Below are positions 8,965 through 22,407 of a stretch of 64,000 bases of DNA, in pieces (within the stretch, counting starts at the first letter, position 1; each line of letters begins with the position of its first letter). The stretch is from an uncultured Holophagales bacterium (GTDB lineage Bacteria; Acidobacteriota; Thermoanaerobaculia; Multivoradales; UBA5704). The notes under the pieces are model-generated. The model saw nothing but the letters and a program-made list of their open reading frames with translations, made no database searches and was not told where the DNA came from. Made by a program: the position numbers and the translations under genes. The DNA is taken from positions 288,001-352,000 of the forward strand of contig CAWJGT010000003.1 of NCBI GenBank assembly GCA_963842525.1. Reading direction: 5' to 3'.

Positions 8965-11832
8965 ATGAAAAGACGCCTGATCTCCCCGCTGCTCCTCCTG
9001 CTCGTCCTGGCCGGCGCCTGCGCTCCGACCCAGGCCCCCAGAACCGCTCCGGCAGCCAACCCCGCCGCCGCCCTGTCGACCGATCTCGCAGCGGAGCTCC
9101 CGACCGATCCGGCCGTGAAGGTCGGCAAGCTCGAGAACGGGCTGACCTATTTCATCCGTAGGAACGCGGTGCCGGCGGACCGGGTCGAGCTGTACCTGGT
9201 GGTCAACGCCGGCTCGGTGCTGGAGGACGAGGACCAGCTCGGGCTGGCCCATTTCGTCGAGCACATGGCGTTCAACGGCACCGAGCGCTTTGCCAAGCAG
9301 GAGCTCGTGCAGTACCTCGAGTCGATCGGCATGCGCTTCGGGGCGGACGTCAACGCCTACACCAACTTCGACGAGACCGTCTATACGCTGACCGTGCCGA
9401 CCGACAAGCCGGAATTCGTCGAGAAGGGGCTCGAAATCCTGGAGGACTGGGCGCACGGCATCACCTTCGACCCGGCCGAGGTCGACAAGGAGCGGGGGGT
9501 GGTCGTCGAGGAGTGGCGGCTCGGCCGCGGAGCCCAGGCGCGCATGCAGGACGAGCAGTTCCCGATCCTGTTCCAGGGCTCGCGCTACGCCGAGCGGCTC
9601 CCCATCGGCAAGAAGGAGGTGCTGGAGACCGCTTCGGCCGAGACCCTACGGCGCTTCTACCGCGACTGGTACCGCCCGGACCTGATGGCGGTCGTCGCGG
9701 TGGGCGACATCGACCGGGTGCGGATGGAAGAGCTGATCCGCCAGCGCTTCGGCCATCTGCGCGGCCCCGGGAATCCGCGTCCGCGCGAGCTGTTCCCTGT
9801 CCCGGACCATGCCGAGACCCTGGTGGCCGTCACCACGGACCCCGAGGAGACGGACACGAAGATCAGCCTCTTCTCCAAGCAGCCGGTCCGGCCGCAGAAC
9901 AAGGTCGGCGACTATCGACGGATGATCGTCGAGGCCCTCTACCACGGCATGCTCACCGCCCGGCTGGACGAGATCGCCCGGCAGGCCGACCCGCCGTTCC
10001 TGTGGGCGGGGTCGAGCTCAGGCCTGTTCGTCCGGTCGAGCGAGGTGACCTTCCAGGATGCGGCGGTGCGGGAAGGCGAGGTCGAGCGCGGGCTCGCCGC
10101 ACTCCTGGCCGAGGTCGAGCGGGTGCGCCGGCACGGCTTCACCGCCACCGAGCTGGAGCGCGCCAAGGTGATCTGGCTGCGGGGCTACGAGCAGGCCGCG
10201 CAGCAGCAGGGCACGATCGCATCCCCCACCTTCGCGCAGGAGTACGTCCGCGTCTTCCTCGAAGACGAGTCCATGCCCGGCATCGCGGCGGAGCACGCGC
10301 TGACCCGGGCCCTCCTGCCCGGCATCGGCCTGCAGGAGCTCAACCACCTCGCCGACGAATGGCTCCAGGACCGCAACCGGGTGATCCTGGTCACTGCCCC
10401 CCGCAAGGAGGGGACGGCGGCGCCCACGCGGGAGGCCCTGCTCACCGTCTTCCGGTCCGTGAAGGAGAGCGAGATCACGCCCTTTGTGGACCGGGTCCAG
10501 GAGGGTCCCCTGGTCGCCAAGGTCCCCGCGCCTGGACGGATCGTCGAGGAGAAGAAGATCGAGGAGCTGGGAGTCACCGAGTGGCGGCTGTCGAACGGCG
10601 TGCGGGTGGTGCTGCGGCCGACCGACGTGGGGAAGGACCAGATCTTCCTCACCGCCTTCAGCCCCGGCGGCCACTCGCTGGTTTCGGACGCCGAGCTTCC
10701 GTCGGCCCTGTTCGCCGCCCCGGCGGTGAGCGAAGGCGGCGTGGGCAGCTTCGACGAGGTCATGCTGGAGAAGGCGCTCGCCGGCAAGGGCGTGCGGGTG
10801 GAGCCCTACATCACGCAGCTCGAGGAGGGGGTCCAGGGGGCCGCCTCGGGCCGCGACGTCGAGACCCTGTTCGAGCTCGTCTATCTGACCCTGACGGCGC
10901 CGCGGAAGGACGAGGACGCGTTCCGCTCCTTCCAAACCCTGCTCCACGCCGCCGTCCAGAACCGGCTGGCGCAGCCCGAGACGGTCTTCGGCGACAAGAT
11001 GACCGAGGCGCTCACGCAGCACCACCCGCGCTGGGAGCCGGTGAGCCCCGCATGGGTCGACCGTATCGACCTCGACACCGCCTACCGGATCTACCAGGAC
11101 CGCTTCGCCGACCTCGGGGATGCGACGTTCGTGATCGTCGGGAGCTTCACGACCGCCTCGATCAAGCCGCTGGTGCTGACCTGGCTGGGCAGCCTCCCCT
11201 CCAACGGCCGCCAGGAGACCTGGCGGGACGTGGGCATGCGGCCGCCCGGCGGGGTCGTGCGGGTGGACGTCGAGAAGGGGATCGAGCCCAAGGCCCAGGT
11301 GCGGATGGTCTTCACCGGCGACGCGCCCTTCACCCGGCAGGACCGGCACGACCTGAACGCGCTGGCGGCCGTCCTGGACACCCGGCTGCGCGAGGTGCTG
11401 CGCGAGGACATGGGCGCGGTCTACGGCGTCCAGGTGTCGGGCGACATCATCCGCCGGCCGCGCGAGCGCTATAACTTCAACGTCGGCTTCGGCTGCGCTC
11501 CGGAGAAGGTGGACGAGCTGGTGCAGGCCGTGTTCGCCGAGATCGACGCGATCCAGCGCAACGGAGTGGCGGAGAGCTATCTCCAGCAGGTCCGGGAGAC
11601 CGAGCGGCGGCAGCGCGAGCTCGACCTCCAGGACAACCAGTTCTGGCTCGGCATCCTCGAGCTGTACTACACCGAGGGGCTCGACCCCCGGGACATCCTG
11701 CGCTTCGACGACCTGGTGCAGACGGTCAGCTCGGACCGGGTGCGGGACACGGCCCGGCGCTACCTGACCACGGAGCGGTATGTGCTGGGGGTACTGAAGC
11801 CGGAGGGGGGCGCGGCCAAGGCGGCGAGCTGA
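8965..11832 (+). CDS. M16 (insulinase/PqqL-like) zinc peptidase, lipoprotein
   Basis: Lipobox LAGAC; inverted zinc motif HFVEH; NAYTNFDET; two-module architecture. Confidence 0.92.
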   Translation: MKRRLISPLLLLLVLAGACAPTQAPRTAPAANPAAALSTDLAAELPTDPAVKVGKLENGLTYFIRRNAVPADRVELYLVVNAGSVLEDEDQLGLAHFVEHMAFNGTERFAKQELVQYLESIGMRFGADVNAYTNFDETVYTLTVPTDKPEFVEKGLEILEDWAHGITFDPAEVDKERGVVVEEWRLGRGAQARMQDEQFPILFQGSRYAERLPIGKKEVLETASAETLRRFYRDWYRPDLMAVVAVGDIDRVRMEELIRQRFGHLRGPGNPRPRELFPVPDHAETLVAVTTDPEETDTKISLFSKQPVRPQNKVGDYRRMIVEALYHGMLTARLDEIARQADPPFLWAGSSSGLFVRSSEVTFQDAAVREGEVERGLAALLAEVERVRRHGFTATELERAKVIWLRGYEQAAQQQGTIASPTFAQEYVRVFLEDESMPGIAAEHALTRALLPGIGLQELNHLADEWLQDRNRVILVTAPRKEGTAAPTREALLTVFRSVKESEITPFVDRVQEGPLVAKVPAPGRIVEEKKIEELGVTEWRLSNGVRVVLRPTDVGKDQIFLTAFSPGGHSLVSDAELPSALFAAPAVSEGGVGSFDEVMLEKALAGKGVRVEPYITQLEEGVQGAASGRDVETLFELVYLTLTAPRKDEDAFRSFQTLLHAAVQNRLAQPETVFGDKMTEALTQHHPRWEPVSPAWVDRIDLDTAYRIYQDRFADLGDATFVIVGSFTTASIKPLVLTWLGSLPSNGRQETWRDVGMRPPGGVVRVDVEKGIEPKAQVRMVFTGDAPFTRQDRHDLNALAAVLDTRLREVLREDMGAVYGVQVSGDIIRRPRERYNFNVGFGCAPEKVDELVQAVFAEIDAIQRNGVAESYLQQVRETERRQRELDLQDNQFWLGILELYYTEGLDPRDILRFDDLVQTVSSDRVRDTARRYLTTERYVLGVLKPEGGAAKAAS

Positions 11833-11897
11833 CCTCACCCCCTGTCCCCCTCTCCCGGTCGGGGGGAGAGCATGGGAGAGGTGGACAGGGGGTGAGG
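11833..11897. repeat. palindromic REP-like element, family A (CCTCACCCCC..CCCTCTCCC..GGGAGAG..GGGGGTGAGG)
   Basis: Inverted ends; related copies at ~38.9, 52.3, 53.3 and 55.9 kb. Confidence 0.75.
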
Positions 11898-11970
11898 ACT
11901 GGGCGGGCGGGAAGCTTTTCTCCTCCAGGCCTGTTGTCCCCTCCGAGCTCGCTCACCGCCTTGCATTGAC

Positions 11971-11999
11971 TTGCGGCCGGGCGTTCCTCCCGCTATACT
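11971..11999 (+). promoter_or_regulatory. sigma70 promoter of the str operon
   Basis: TTGCGG-17 bp-TATACT about 260 nt upstream of rpsL. Confidence 0.55.
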
Positions 12000-12261
12000 C
12001 TGGCCTCCCGCTGCCTGCCATCGGGTTCGAGGCGATTGGTAGTTGACGCCGCTTCGTGTCTCAGTTAGTATCTGCGGGTTTCGCTGCCGAGGGTCCTGCC
12101 AGGGACCTGGGCAGGTTGTCTTCGTTCGGAAGACCAAGAACCCTGAACAAGATCGTTCGGGGCCGGAGCATGGGCCTTCCAAGCTCATCGAGGGATGGGC
12201 CGGGAGATCTGCCGCTCCGGAGCGGATATCGGAAAAACGGATCGACGGAGATCTGAGACGC

Positions 12262-12636
12262 ATGCCTACGATTCATCAATTGGTGCGCAAGGGCCGCGAG
12301 CGCGTGGTGGCGAAGACCAAGAGCCCCGCTCTGCAGAGCTCGCCACAGAAGCGCGGCGTCTGCGTGCGCGTCTATACCCAGACGCCCAAGAAGCCGAACT
12401 CGGCGCTGCGCAAGGTCGCCCGCGTGCGGCTGACCAACGGCATCGAGGTGACCACCTATATCCCGGGCGTCGGCCACAACCTGCAGGAGCACTCGATCGT
12501 GCTCATCCGCGGCGGCCGCGTGAAGGACCTCCCGGGGGTGCGCTATCACGTCATCCGCGGCACCCTGGACGCCGTGGGCGTGCAGGGGCGCAGGCAGGGA
12601 CGGTCGAAGTACGGCGCCAAGCGCCCGAAGAGCTGA
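12262..12636 (+). CDS. rpsL: 30S ribosomal protein S12
   Basis: [12 protein letters not shown]...[11 protein letters not shown]...GGRVKDLPG. Confidence 0.99.
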   Translation: MPTIHQLVRKGRERVVAKTKSPALQSSPQKRGVCVRVYTQTPKKPNSALRKVARVRLTNGIEVTTYIPGVGHNLQEHSIVLIRGGRVKDLPGVRYHVIRGTLDAVGVQGRRQGRSKYGAKRPKS

Positions 12637-12673
12637 TCCGCTGATCCGAAGACCCTGAGGAGACGAAGAAGTC

Positions 12674-13144
12674 ATGCCGAGGCGGAGAGAGATTCCCAAG
12701 CGCGAGATCCTGCCGGATCCGCTGTACAACTCGCAGCTTGTGACCAAGTTCGTGAACGTGGTCATGCGGGACGGCAAGAAGACGGTCGCCGAGCGGATCC
12801 TGTACGACGCGCTGGAGATGATCCGGCAGCGCACGAACGACGATCCGATGAAGGTGTTCAAGAAGGCGATCGAGAACGTCAAGCCGGCGGTCGAGGTCAA
12901 GTCGCGCCGCGTCGGCGGGTCGACCTACCAGGTCCCCGTCGAGGTGCGCCCGAGCCGCAAGCTGGCGCTCTCCATGCGCTGGATCATCGCGACGGCCCAG
13001 AGCCGCGGCGAGAAGACGATGCGCCAGCGCCTGGCCGGAGAGCTTTTGGACGCCGCAGAGAACCGCGGCGCCGCGATCAAGAAGAAGGAAGATACGCACC
13101 GAATGGCAGAGGCCAACAAGGCGTTCGCGCACTACCGCTGGTAG
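12674..13144 (+). CDS. rpsG: 30S ribosomal protein S7
   Basis: [16 protein letters not shown]...[12 protein letters not shown]. Confidence 0.99.
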   Translation: MPRRREIPKREILPDPLYNSQLVTKFVNVVMRDGKKTVAERILYDALEMIRQRTNDDPMKVFKKAIENVKPAVEVKSRRVGGSTYQVPVEVRPSRKLALSMRWIIATAQSRGEKTMRQRLAGELLDAAENRGAAIKKKEDTHRMAEANKAFAHYRW

Positions 13145-13297
13145 GCGCGAATCGCGCTACGCTCCCCGAGCCGTGGCCCCGTGATCCAGGTAACCGGATC
13201 TCGCAGGGCCCGCCGGCCTCCAGCCCTCATTGCGTCGACGATTTCGAGCTTCAGAACCAGGTTAGTCAGGACGGAAGAGAGAGAAGACGGTCGCACC

Positions 13298-15385
13298 ATG
13301 GCTAGGCAAGTACCTCTGAACGACACCCGTAATATCGGGATCATGGCGCACATCGACGCCGGTAAGACGACGACGACGGAGCGCATCCTCTTCTACACCG
13401 GTGTGAACTACAAGATCGGTGAGGTGCACGAGGGGACCGCCACCATGGACTGGATGGTGCAGGAGCAGGAGCGCGGCATCACGATCACCTCCGCCGCCAC
13501 GACCTGTTTCTGGACCCATGATGAGACCAACCACCGGATCAACATCATCGACACGCCCGGTCACGTGGATTTCACCGCCGAGGTCGAGCGGTCGCTGCGC
13601 GTCCTCGACGGTGCGGTCGCCGTCTTCGACTCGGTCGCCGGCGTCGAGCCGCAGTCCGAGACGGTCTGGCGCCAGGCCGACCGCTATCGCGTGCCGCGCA
13701 TCGCCTTCGTCAACAAGATGGACCGCGTCGGCGCCGACTTCGACCGCACGGTCTCGATGATGCGCACGCGTCTCGCCGCCAACCCCGTGGTGATCCAGCT
13801 CCCCTGGGGCAAGGAGGACACCTTCAAGGGGATCATCGACCTGGTCGAGATGAAGGGGATCTACTACAAGGACGAGACCCTGGGCGCCGACTACGAGGTG
13901 ACCGAGATCCCCGAGGAGTACCTCGACCGCGCCCACAAGATGCGCGAGCAGATGGTCGAGTCGATCTCGGAGACCGACGACCAGCTCCTCGAGAAGTACC
14001 TGTCGGGCGAGGAGGTCACCAACGACGAGCTCAAGGCGGCGCTGCGCCGGGCGACGATCGCCAACCAGGCGCAGCCGGTGATCTGCGGCAGCGCCTTCAA
14101 GAACAAGGGCGTCCAGCCGCTGCTCGACGCGGTCGTCGACTACCTGCCGTCGCCGCTCGACATCCCGCCGATGGAGGGGACCGACCTCTCGGGCGAGAAG
14201 AAGGTGGTCCGCAGCTCGTCGGACGAGGAGCCGTTCTCCGGCCTGGTCTTCAAGATCATGAGCGACCCGTACGTCGGCCAGCTCGTGTTCTTCCGCGTCT
14301 ATTCGGGCCATATCGAGTCGGGCTCCGCGGTGATGAACGCCAAGCGGGGCAGCAACGAGCGCATCGGCCGGCTCTTGAAGATGCACGCCAACAAGCGCGA
14401 GGAGATCTCGGAGGTCTGGGCGGGCGACATCGCGGCGGCGGTGGGTTTGAGGAACGTCACCACCGGCGACACGATCTGCAACCCCAAGAACCCGGTGATC
14501 CTGGAAGCGATGAGCTTCCCCGAGCCGGTGATCGCGGTGTCGATCGAGCCCAAGACCAAGGCCGACCAGGAGAAGCTCGGCCTCGCTCTCGCCAAGCTGA
14601 TGCAGGAGGACCCGACGTTCCGCGTCCACACGGACAAGGACACGGGCCAGACCCTGATCTCCGGCATGGGCGAGCTGCACCTCGAGATCATCACCGACCG
14701 CCTGGTGCGCGAGTTCAACGTCGGCGCCAACATCGGCCGGCCGCAGGTGGCCTACAAGGAGACCCTCACCGCCGAGGCCGAGGGCGAGGGCCGCTTCATC
14801 CGCCAGACCGGCGGCCGCGGCCAGTACGGCCACGCCAAGATCCGGGTGCGTCCAACCGCCGAGGCCGACTATGTGTTCAACAACAAGATCATCGGCGGCT
14901 CGATCCCCAAGGAGTACATCAAGCCGATCGATCAGGGCATCCACGAGGCGATGGAGACCGGTCCGCTCGCCGGCTATCCGATGACCGGCGTCGAGATCGA
15001 GCTCTACGACGGCAGCTATCACGACGTCGACTCGTCGGAGATCGCGTTCAAGATCGCCGGCTCCATGGCCTTCCAGGACGCCTGCAAGCGGGCCCGCCCG
15101 GTGCTCATGGAGCCCATCATGGCGGTGGAGATCACCACGCCCGAGGACTACATGGGCGAGGTCATCGGCGACATCACGTCGCGCCGCGGCCGGGTGCAGA
15201 GCATGGAGGCGCGCGGCAACGCGCAGGTGATCACCTGCAAGGTGCCGCTGTCCGAGATGTTCGGCTATGCCACGGACCTGCGGTCTCTGACCCAGGGCCG
15301 GGCCAACTACAGCATGCAGTTCGCGGCCTATGAGCAGGCCCCCAAGAACGTCGAGACCGAGGTCGTGGCCAAAGCGGCAGGGTAA
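13298..15385 (+). CDS. fusA: elongation factor G
   Basis: [31 protein letters not shown]. Confidence 0.99.
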   Translation: MARQVPLNDTRNIGIMAHIDAGKTTTTERILFYTGVNYKIGEVHEGTATMDWMVQEQERGITITSAATTCFWTHDETNHRINIIDTPGHVDFTAEVERSLRVLDGAVAVFDSVAGVEPQSETVWRQADRYRVPRIAFVNKMDRVGADFDRTVSMMRTRLAANPVVIQLPWGKEDTFKGIIDLVEMKGIYYKDETLGADYEVTEIPEEYLDRAHKMREQMVESISETDDQLLEKYLSGEEVTNDELKAALRRATIANQAQPVICGSAFKNKGVQPLLDAVVDYLPSPLDIPPMEGTDLSGEKKVVRSSSDEEPFSGLVFKIMSDPYVGQLVFFRVYSGHIESGSAVMNAKRGSNERIGRLLKMHANKREEISEVWAGDIAAAVGLRNVTTGDTICNPKNPVILEAMSFPEPVIAVSIEPKTKADQEKLGLALAKLMQEDPTFRVHTDKDTGQTLISGMGELHLEIITDRLVREFNVGANIGRPQVAYKETLTAEAEGEGRFIRQTGGRGQYGHAKIRVRPTAEADYVFNNKIIGGSIPKEYIKPIDQGIHEAMETGPLAGYPMTGVEIELYDGSYHDVDSSEIAFKIAGSMAFQDACKRARPVLMEPIMAVEITTPEDYMGEVIGDITSRRGRVQSMEARGNAQVITCKVPLSEMFGYATDLRSLTQGRANYSMQFAAYEQAPKNVETEVVAKAAG

Positions 15386-15438
15386 AACCGGCCGGATAAA
15401 ACTGCGGGCCAAAGATTCATTCGAGCGAGGAGAGAGTC

Positions 15439-16632
<1,194 letters not shown>

Positions 16633-16641
16633 GGGACAGCC

Positions 16642-16959
<318 letters not shown>

Positions 16960-16978
16960 GGCCGACGAGGTGTCAGTG

Positions 16979-17608
16979 ATGGAAGGCATCCTGGGACAGA
17001 AGCTGGGCATGACCCAGATCTATGCGGAGGACGGGACGGTGGTCCCGGTCACCGTGATCAAGGCGGGGCCCTGCCTGGTCGTGCAGAAGAAGACGATCGC
17101 GATCGACGGCTACGATGCCGTGCAGATCGGCCTGGTGGAGGACCGTCCGCCGAAGAAGGTGAACCAGCCCCTCGGCGGGCACTTCAAGAAGGTCGGGGTT
17201 CCCCCGGTGCGCCGGCTGGCGGAGCTCCCGCTGTCCGACGGCGAGGAGATCAACCCCGGAGACGAGATCAAGGCCTCGATCTTCGCCGAGAAGGACTTCG
17301 TCGACGTCGTGGGGACGAGCAAGGGCAAGGGCTACCAGGGCGTGGTCAAGCGCCACGGCTTTGCCGGCGGCCGGGCCAGCCATGGCTCGATGTTCCACCG
17401 GGCGCCCGGCTCGATCGGCTCGTCGGCCTACCCGTCGCGGGTCTTCCCCGGCATGCGTGCCGGCGGCCGCATGGGCGGCGAGCGGGTGACGGTGAAGAAC
17501 CTGCAGATCGTCAAGATCGACGCCGAGCGCAACCTGATCTATGTGCGGGGCGCCGTGCCCGGTCCGAAGAGCGGTTACCTGACCATTCAGCGGGCCAAGC
17601 GGGGCTGA
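16979..17608 (+). CDS. rplC: 50S ribosomal protein L3
   Basis: [24 protein letters not shown]; alternative GTG start at 16970. Confidence 0.98.
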   Translation: MEGILGQKLGMTQIYAEDGTVVPVTVIKAGPCLVVQKKTIAIDGYDAVQIGLVEDRPPKKVNQPLGGHFKKVGVPPVRRLAELPLSDGEEINPGDEIKASIFAEKDFVDVVGTSKGKGYQGVVKRHGFAGGRASHGSMFHRAPGSIGSSAYPSRVFPGMRAGGRMGGERVTVKNLQIVKIDAERNLIYVRGAVPGPKSGYLTIQRAKRG

Positions 17609-17637
17609 GCGCACAGCGCGGTGAGGACAACCCAGTT

Positions 17638-18261
17638 ATGAAGATCGCAGTCAAGAATTTTGACAACCAGCAGGTGCGCGAGGTCGAGGTGCCGGATGCG
17701 GTGTTCGCCTATCCGTACAACGAGCACCTGATCCACGAGGCGGTCGAGGCCTACCGCGCCGGGCTGCGCGCCGGCACGCACAAGACCAAGACGCGCTCCG
17801 AGGTCTCCGGCTCGGGCAGGAAGCTCTGGCGCCAGAAGGGGACCGGCCGTGCCCGCACCGGCGACATCCGCAACCCGAAGTGGCGCAAGGGCGGCACGGT
17901 GCACGGTCCGGTGCCGCACAGCCACGAGAAGCACCTGTCGGTGCGCGAGAAGAAGAACGCTTTGAAATCGGCGCTGTCGCGCAAGGCGGCCGACGCTCAG
18001 ATCGTGGTCCTCGAGACCATGGACCTGGACGGCCACCGCACCAAGGACCTCGTGCAGCGGCTGGGCGGGCTGGGCATCGCCGGCAAGGCGCTGCTGATCG
18101 ACAGCCAAGACAACCGGAACCTGTCGCTCGCGGCGCGCAACGTGCCGGGCCTGAAAACGGTCGACGCGCTGGGGGTCAACGTCTACGACGTGGTCCACCG
18201 CGGGGTTCTCGTGGTCAGCGAGGGCGCGCTCAACCGGCTGGTGGAGGTGCTGGCGAAATGA
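17638..18261 (+). CDS. rplD: 50S ribosomal protein L4
   Basis: GTHKTKTRSEVSGSGRKLWRQKGTGRAR. Confidence 0.98.
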   Translation: MKIAVKNFDNQQVREVEVPDAVFAYPYNEHLIHEAVEAYRAGLRAGTHKTKTRSEVSGSGRKLWRQKGTGRARTGDIRNPKWRKGGTVHGPVPHSHEKHLSVREKKNALKSALSRKAADAQIVVLETMDLDGHRTKDLVQRLGGLGIAGKALLIDSQDNRNLSLAARNVPGLKTVDALGVNVYDVVHRGVLVVSEGALNRLVEVLAK

Positions 18262-18548
18262 AGATCCAGGAGATCATCCGCCGCCCGCTGATCACCGAGA
18301 AGTCGACGGAGCAGCGCGAGGACAAGAACATCATCGCCTTCGAGGTGCACCGCGACGCCAACAAGATCGAGGTGAAGCGCGCCGTCGAGACCCAGTTCAA
18401 GGTCAAGGTCGCCGAGGTCCGCATCGCCAACGTGCACGGCAAGGTGCGCCGCCAGGGGCGGTACTCCGGCCGGCGTCCGGACTGGAAGAAGGCCTACGTC
18501 CGTCTGGTCGAGGGCGAGAAGCAGATCGAGTTCTTCGAGGGGATGTAA
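18258..18548 (+). CDS. rplW: 50S ribosomal protein L23
   Basis: [11 protein letters not shown]...WKKAYVRL; ATGA overlap with rplD. Confidence 0.97.
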   Translation: MKIQEIIRRPLITEKSTEQREDKNIIAFEVHRDANKIEVKRAVETQFKVKVAEVRIANVHGKVRRQGRYSGRRPDWKKAYVRLVEGEKQIEFFEGM

Positions 18549-18552
18549 GACG

Positions 18553-19381
18553 ATGCCCATCAAGGAAAGAAAGCCGATCAATTCGTCGAGCCGGTTCCAG
18601 ACCTACGTCACGTTCGAGGAGGTCACCCGGGACCGGCCGCACAAGCCGCTGACCGAGGGGAAGAAGAAGACCGGCGGGCGCAACAACAAGGGCCAACTCA
18701 CCTCGTGGTGGCGCGGCGGCGGCCACAAGCGCCGCTATCGCGTGGTCGACTTCAAGCGCGAGAAGCACGGCATTCCTGCGAAGGTCGCGAGCGTCGAATA
18801 CGACCCCAACCGGTCGGCCCGCATCGCGCTGCTCCACTACGTCGACGGCGAGAAGCGCTACATCCTCTGGCCGGACGGGCTGGCGGTGGGCTCGACCGTC
18901 GTGTCGGGCGACACCGTCGAGGTCAACGTCGGCAACGCGCTGCCGCTCGCGCAAGATCCCCCTGGGCACGGTGGTCCACAACATCGAGCTCAAGATCGGC
19001 AAGGGCGGCCAGATGGTGCGCAGCGCCGGCACCGGCGCCCAGCTCATGGCGCGCGAGGGCTCGTGGGCGCAGGTCAAGCTCCCTTCGGGCGAGGTGCGCA
19101 AGGTCCACGTCGACTGCTACGCCACCATCGGCCAGGTGGGCAACCTGGACCATGAGAACGTGTCGATCGGCAAGGCGGGGCGCAACCGCTGGCTCGGCTG
19201 GCGGTCGCACAACCGCGGCGTCACCATGAACCCCGTGGACCACCCGATGGGCGGCGGCGAGGGCCGGACCTCCGGCGGCCGCCATCCCACGACGCCGTGG
19301 GGCGTGCCGACCAAGGGTTACAAGACCCGGAACAACAAACGCACGGACCGGATGATCGTCCGCCGCCGCAACAAGAAGTAA
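18553..19381 (+). CDS. rplB: 50S ribosomal protein L2 (apparent +1 frameshift near 18950, probably a sequencing error)
   Basis: GGRNNKG...[12 protein letters not shown] in one frame; VHNIELKIG...[13 protein letters not shown] in the next. Confidence 0.97.
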
Positions 19382-19396
19382 GGACCGGAGAGAGAC

Positions 19397-19684
19397 ATGT
19401 CGCGTTCACTCAAAAAGGGCTACTTCATCGACGACCATCTGGTCGCCAAGATCAACGGGATGAACGACCGGGGGGACAAGCGGGTCATCCGCACCTGGTC
19501 GCGCCGCTCGACGGTCATCCCGGAGATGGTCGGGCACACCCTCGCGGTGCACAACGGCAACAAGTTCATTCCGGTGTACGTCAGCGAGAACATGGTCGGG
19601 CACAAGCTCGGCGAGTTCGCCATGACCCGGACCTTCCGCGGCCACGGCGGCAAGAAGGCCGAGAAGGGCGCCAGGCCCCGGTGA
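19397..19684 (+). CDS. rpsS: 30S ribosomal protein S19
   Basis: MSRSLKKG...TWSRRS...MVGHKLGEF. Confidence 0.99.
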   Translation: MSRSLKKGYFIDDHLVAKINGMNDRGDKRVIRTWSRRSTVIPEMVGHTLAVHNGNKFIPVYVSENMVGHKLGEFAMTRTFRGHGGKKAEKGARPR

Positions 19685-19701
19685 CCGGAGGGATTGAGAT
19701 C

Positions 19702-20052
19702 ATGGAAGTGACAGCGCGGCTTCGTTATCTGCAGGGCTCGGCGCAGAAGGTGCGGCTGGTGGCCGACCTGATCCGCGGCAAGGGGGTCCAGGAGGCGGTC
19801 AACCTCCTCCAGGTCACCAACAAGGTGGCGGCCAAGCACGTGCAGAAGTGTCTCAAGTCGGCGATCGCCAACGCGGAGAACCGGGAGGACCACGTCGACG
19901 TGGACCGGCTCTACGTCAAGGAGATCTTCGTCGACGGAGGTCCGATGCTGAAGCGGATCCAGCCGGCACCGATGGGGCGGGCGTTCCGCATCCTCAAGCG
20001 GCAGAGCCACATCACGATCAAGCTCGACACCCGCAAGGGTGACGGCAGGTAG
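19702..20052 (+). CDS. rplV: 50S ribosomal protein L22
   Basis: SAQKVRLVADLIRG...KSAIANAE...GRAFRILKRQSHITI. Confidence 0.98.
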   Translation: MEVTARLRYLQGSAQKVRLVADLIRGKGVQEAVNLLQVTNKVAAKHVQKCLKSAIANAENREDHVDVDRLYVKEIFVDGGPMLKRIQPAPMGRAFRILKRQSHITIKLDTRKGDGR

Positions 20053-20064
20053 GAGAGGACGAAC

Positions 20065-20715
20065 GTGGGTCAGAAAACGCACCCCTACGGGTTCCGGCTC
20101 GTCTACAACAAGACCTGGCATTCGCGCTGGTACGGCGACGCCAAATACGCCGACACCCTGCACGAAGACCTGAAGCTGCGCGCCCGCCTGAAGAGCCGGC
20201 TCGCCCATGCGGGCGTGTCCGAAGTCGACATCGAGCGCGCGGCCGACAAGCTGCGGGTGAGCATCTACACGTCGCGGCCGGGCATCATCATCGGCCGCCG
20301 CGGCGCCGAGGTGGACAAGCTGCGCGACGACCTCCAGAAGGAGATGGGGCGCGAGGTCCACATCAACATCCAGGAGATCCAGCGGCCGGAGCTCGACGCC
20401 CAGCTCGTGGCGCAGTCGATCGCCGGCCAGCTCGAGCGGCGCGTCTCCTTCCGCCGGGCCATGAAGAAGGCCATGGAGTCGGCCTTCCGGTTCGGTGCCA
20501 AGGGGGTCAAGATCATGGTCAGCGGCCGCCTGGGCGGCGCCGAGATCGCGCGCTCCGAGTGGTACCAGGAGGGGCGGCTGCCGCTCCACACCCTGAAGGC
20601 CGACATCGACTACGGCTTCGCCGAGTCGCGGACCACCTACGGCGTCATCGGCTGCAAGGTGTGGGTCTACAAGGGCGATCTCCTGAAGGAAAAGAGCCGG
20701 CGCGCGAGCGCGTAG
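20065..20715 (+). CDS. rpsC: 30S ribosomal protein S3
   Basis: [12 protein letters not shown]...[10 protein letters not shown]...[10 protein letters not shown]. Confidence 0.99.
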   Translation: MGQKTHPYGFRLVYNKTWHSRWYGDAKYADTLHEDLKLRARLKSRLAHAGVSEVDIERAADKLRVSIYTSRPGIIIGRRGAEVDKLRDDLQKEMGREVHINIQEIQRPELDAQLVAQSIAGQLERRVSFRRAMKKAMESAFRFGAKGVKIMVSGRLGGAEIARSEWYQEGRLPLHTLKADIDYGFAESRTTYGVIGCKVWVYKGDLLKEKSRRASA

Positions 20716-20745
20716 AGAAACAGTGCCCGTTCGGAGATTTTTCTC

Positions 20746-21165
<420 letters not shown>

Positions 21166-21169
21166 GGAG

Positions 21170-21370
21170 ATGAAAGCATCACAATTTCGTGATCAGACCG
21201 TCGAGGAGCTGCGCGAGCGTGAGCGCGAGCTGTCCGAGCAGCTCTTCGCCCTGCGCCTGCAGAAGGTGACCGGCCAGCTCGAGAAGCCGGCGCGTATCCG
21301 CGAGGTGCGCAAGGACCTCGCGCGGGTGTTGACCGTCCTGCACGAGAAGCGCGGACAGGTCCGAGCTTAG
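21170..21370 (+). CDS. rpmC: 50S ribosomal protein L29
   Basis: [28 protein letters not shown]. Confidence 0.97.
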   Translation: MKASQFRDQTVEELRERERELSEQLFALRLQKVTGQLEKPARIREVRKDLARVLTVLHEKRGQVRA

Positions 21371-21378
21371 GAGAACCC

Positions 21379-21690
21379 ATGGCCCAGATGGCGGAAAACA
21401 CGGCGGAAAAAACAGAGCAGACCCAGGACGCCGGCGATGCGCGCGGGCGGCGGCAGGTCAAGGTGGGCAAGGTGGTGAGCAACAAGATGGACAAGACGGT
21501 GGTCGTGACGGTCGAGAACACCGTGACCCACCGGCTCTACCACCGCGGCATGAAGAGGACCTCCAAGTTCGCGGCGCACGACGAGGAGAACCGTTGCAAT
21601 GTCGGAGACCTGGTGGAGATCGTCTCCAGCCGGCCGCTCTCCAGGACCAAGCGCTGGCGGGTCCGCGAGATCCTGCAGCGCGCCGAGTAG
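21379..21690 (+). CDS. rpsQ: 30S ribosomal protein S17
   Basis: [14 protein letters not shown]...RPLSRTKRW. Confidence 0.97.
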   Translation: MAQMAENTAEKTEQTQDAGDARGRRQVKVGKVVSNKMDKTVVVTVENTVTHRLYHRGMKRTSKFAAHDEENRCNVGDLVEIVSSRPLSRTKRWRVREILQRAE

Positions 21691-21699
21691 AGGTGAGCG

Positions 21700-22068
21700 A
21701 TGATCCAGATGGGAACGATTCTCGACGTGGCGGACAACTCGGGCGCGAAGAAGATCGCCTGCATCCACCTGCGGGGCGGATCGGCCGGGCAGTACGGGCG
21801 CCTGGGCGACGTGATCACCGCCTCGGTCAAGGAGGCGGCGCCCGACGGGACGGTCAAGAAGGGCCAGGTCGTCAGGGCGGTCATCGTGCGCACGGTCAAG
21901 GAGCAGCGGCGCAAGGACGGGAGCTATATCCGCTTCGATACCAACTCCGCCGTTCTGGTCAACGATGCGGGCGAGCCCGTCGGCACGCGCGTCTTCGGTC
22001 CGGTGGCGCGGGAGCTGCGCGAGCGGCGGTTCATGAAAATCGTCTCCCTGGCGCCGGAGGTGATCTGA
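21700..22068 (+). CDS. rplN: 50S ribosomal protein L14
   Basis: [16 protein letters not shown]...[12 protein letters not shown]. Confidence 0.99.
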   Translation: MIQMGTILDVADNSGAKKIACIHLRGGSAGQYGRLGDVITASVKEAAPDGTVKKGQVVRAVIVRTVKEQRRKDGSYIRFDTNSAVLVNDAGEPVGTRVFGPVARELRERRFMKIVSLAPEVI

Positions 22069-22069
22069 G

Positions 22070-22393
22070 ATGGAAAAATTGAAAGTCCGGAAAAACGACC
22101 AGGTGCTCGTGACGTCGGGCAAGGACCGGGGGGCGCGCGGCCGTGTGCTGCGCGTGCTCGCCGGCGAAGGCAAGGCGATCGTCGAGCGCGTGAACATGAT
22201 CAAGCGGCACACCAAGCCCAACCCGAACAAGGGGGTTCAGGGTGGCATCCTCGAGCGCGAGGCGCCGATCCAGGTGTCGAACCTGAAGGTCGTCTGCCCG
22301 GAGTGCGGCAAGCCGTCGCGGCTGGGCCGCAAGCGGCTCGAAGACGGCCGCGGCGTGCGGGTGTGCAAGAGCTGCGGCGCTACTTTCGGTTGA
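22070..22393 (+). CDS. rplX: 50S ribosomal protein L24
   Basis: KOW motif SGKDRG; EAPIQVSN; CPEC...CKSC. Confidence 0.97.
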   Translation: MEKLKVRKNDQVLVTSGKDRGARGRVLRVLAGEGKAIVERVNMIKRHTKPNPNKGVQGGILEREAPIQVSNLKVVCPECGKPSRLGRKRLEDGRGVRVCKSCGATFG

Positions 22394-22407
22394 GGTTTCG
22401 AAAGGAC

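Noticed and set aside
12262-12636. Streptomycin-resistance allele of rpsL
   Set aside because: PKKPNSA and RVKDLPG lysines are wild type.
18553-19381. rplB pseudogene or programmed frameshift
   Set aside because: Essential gene, no slippery heptamer at the break, and many similar indels elsewhere in the window.
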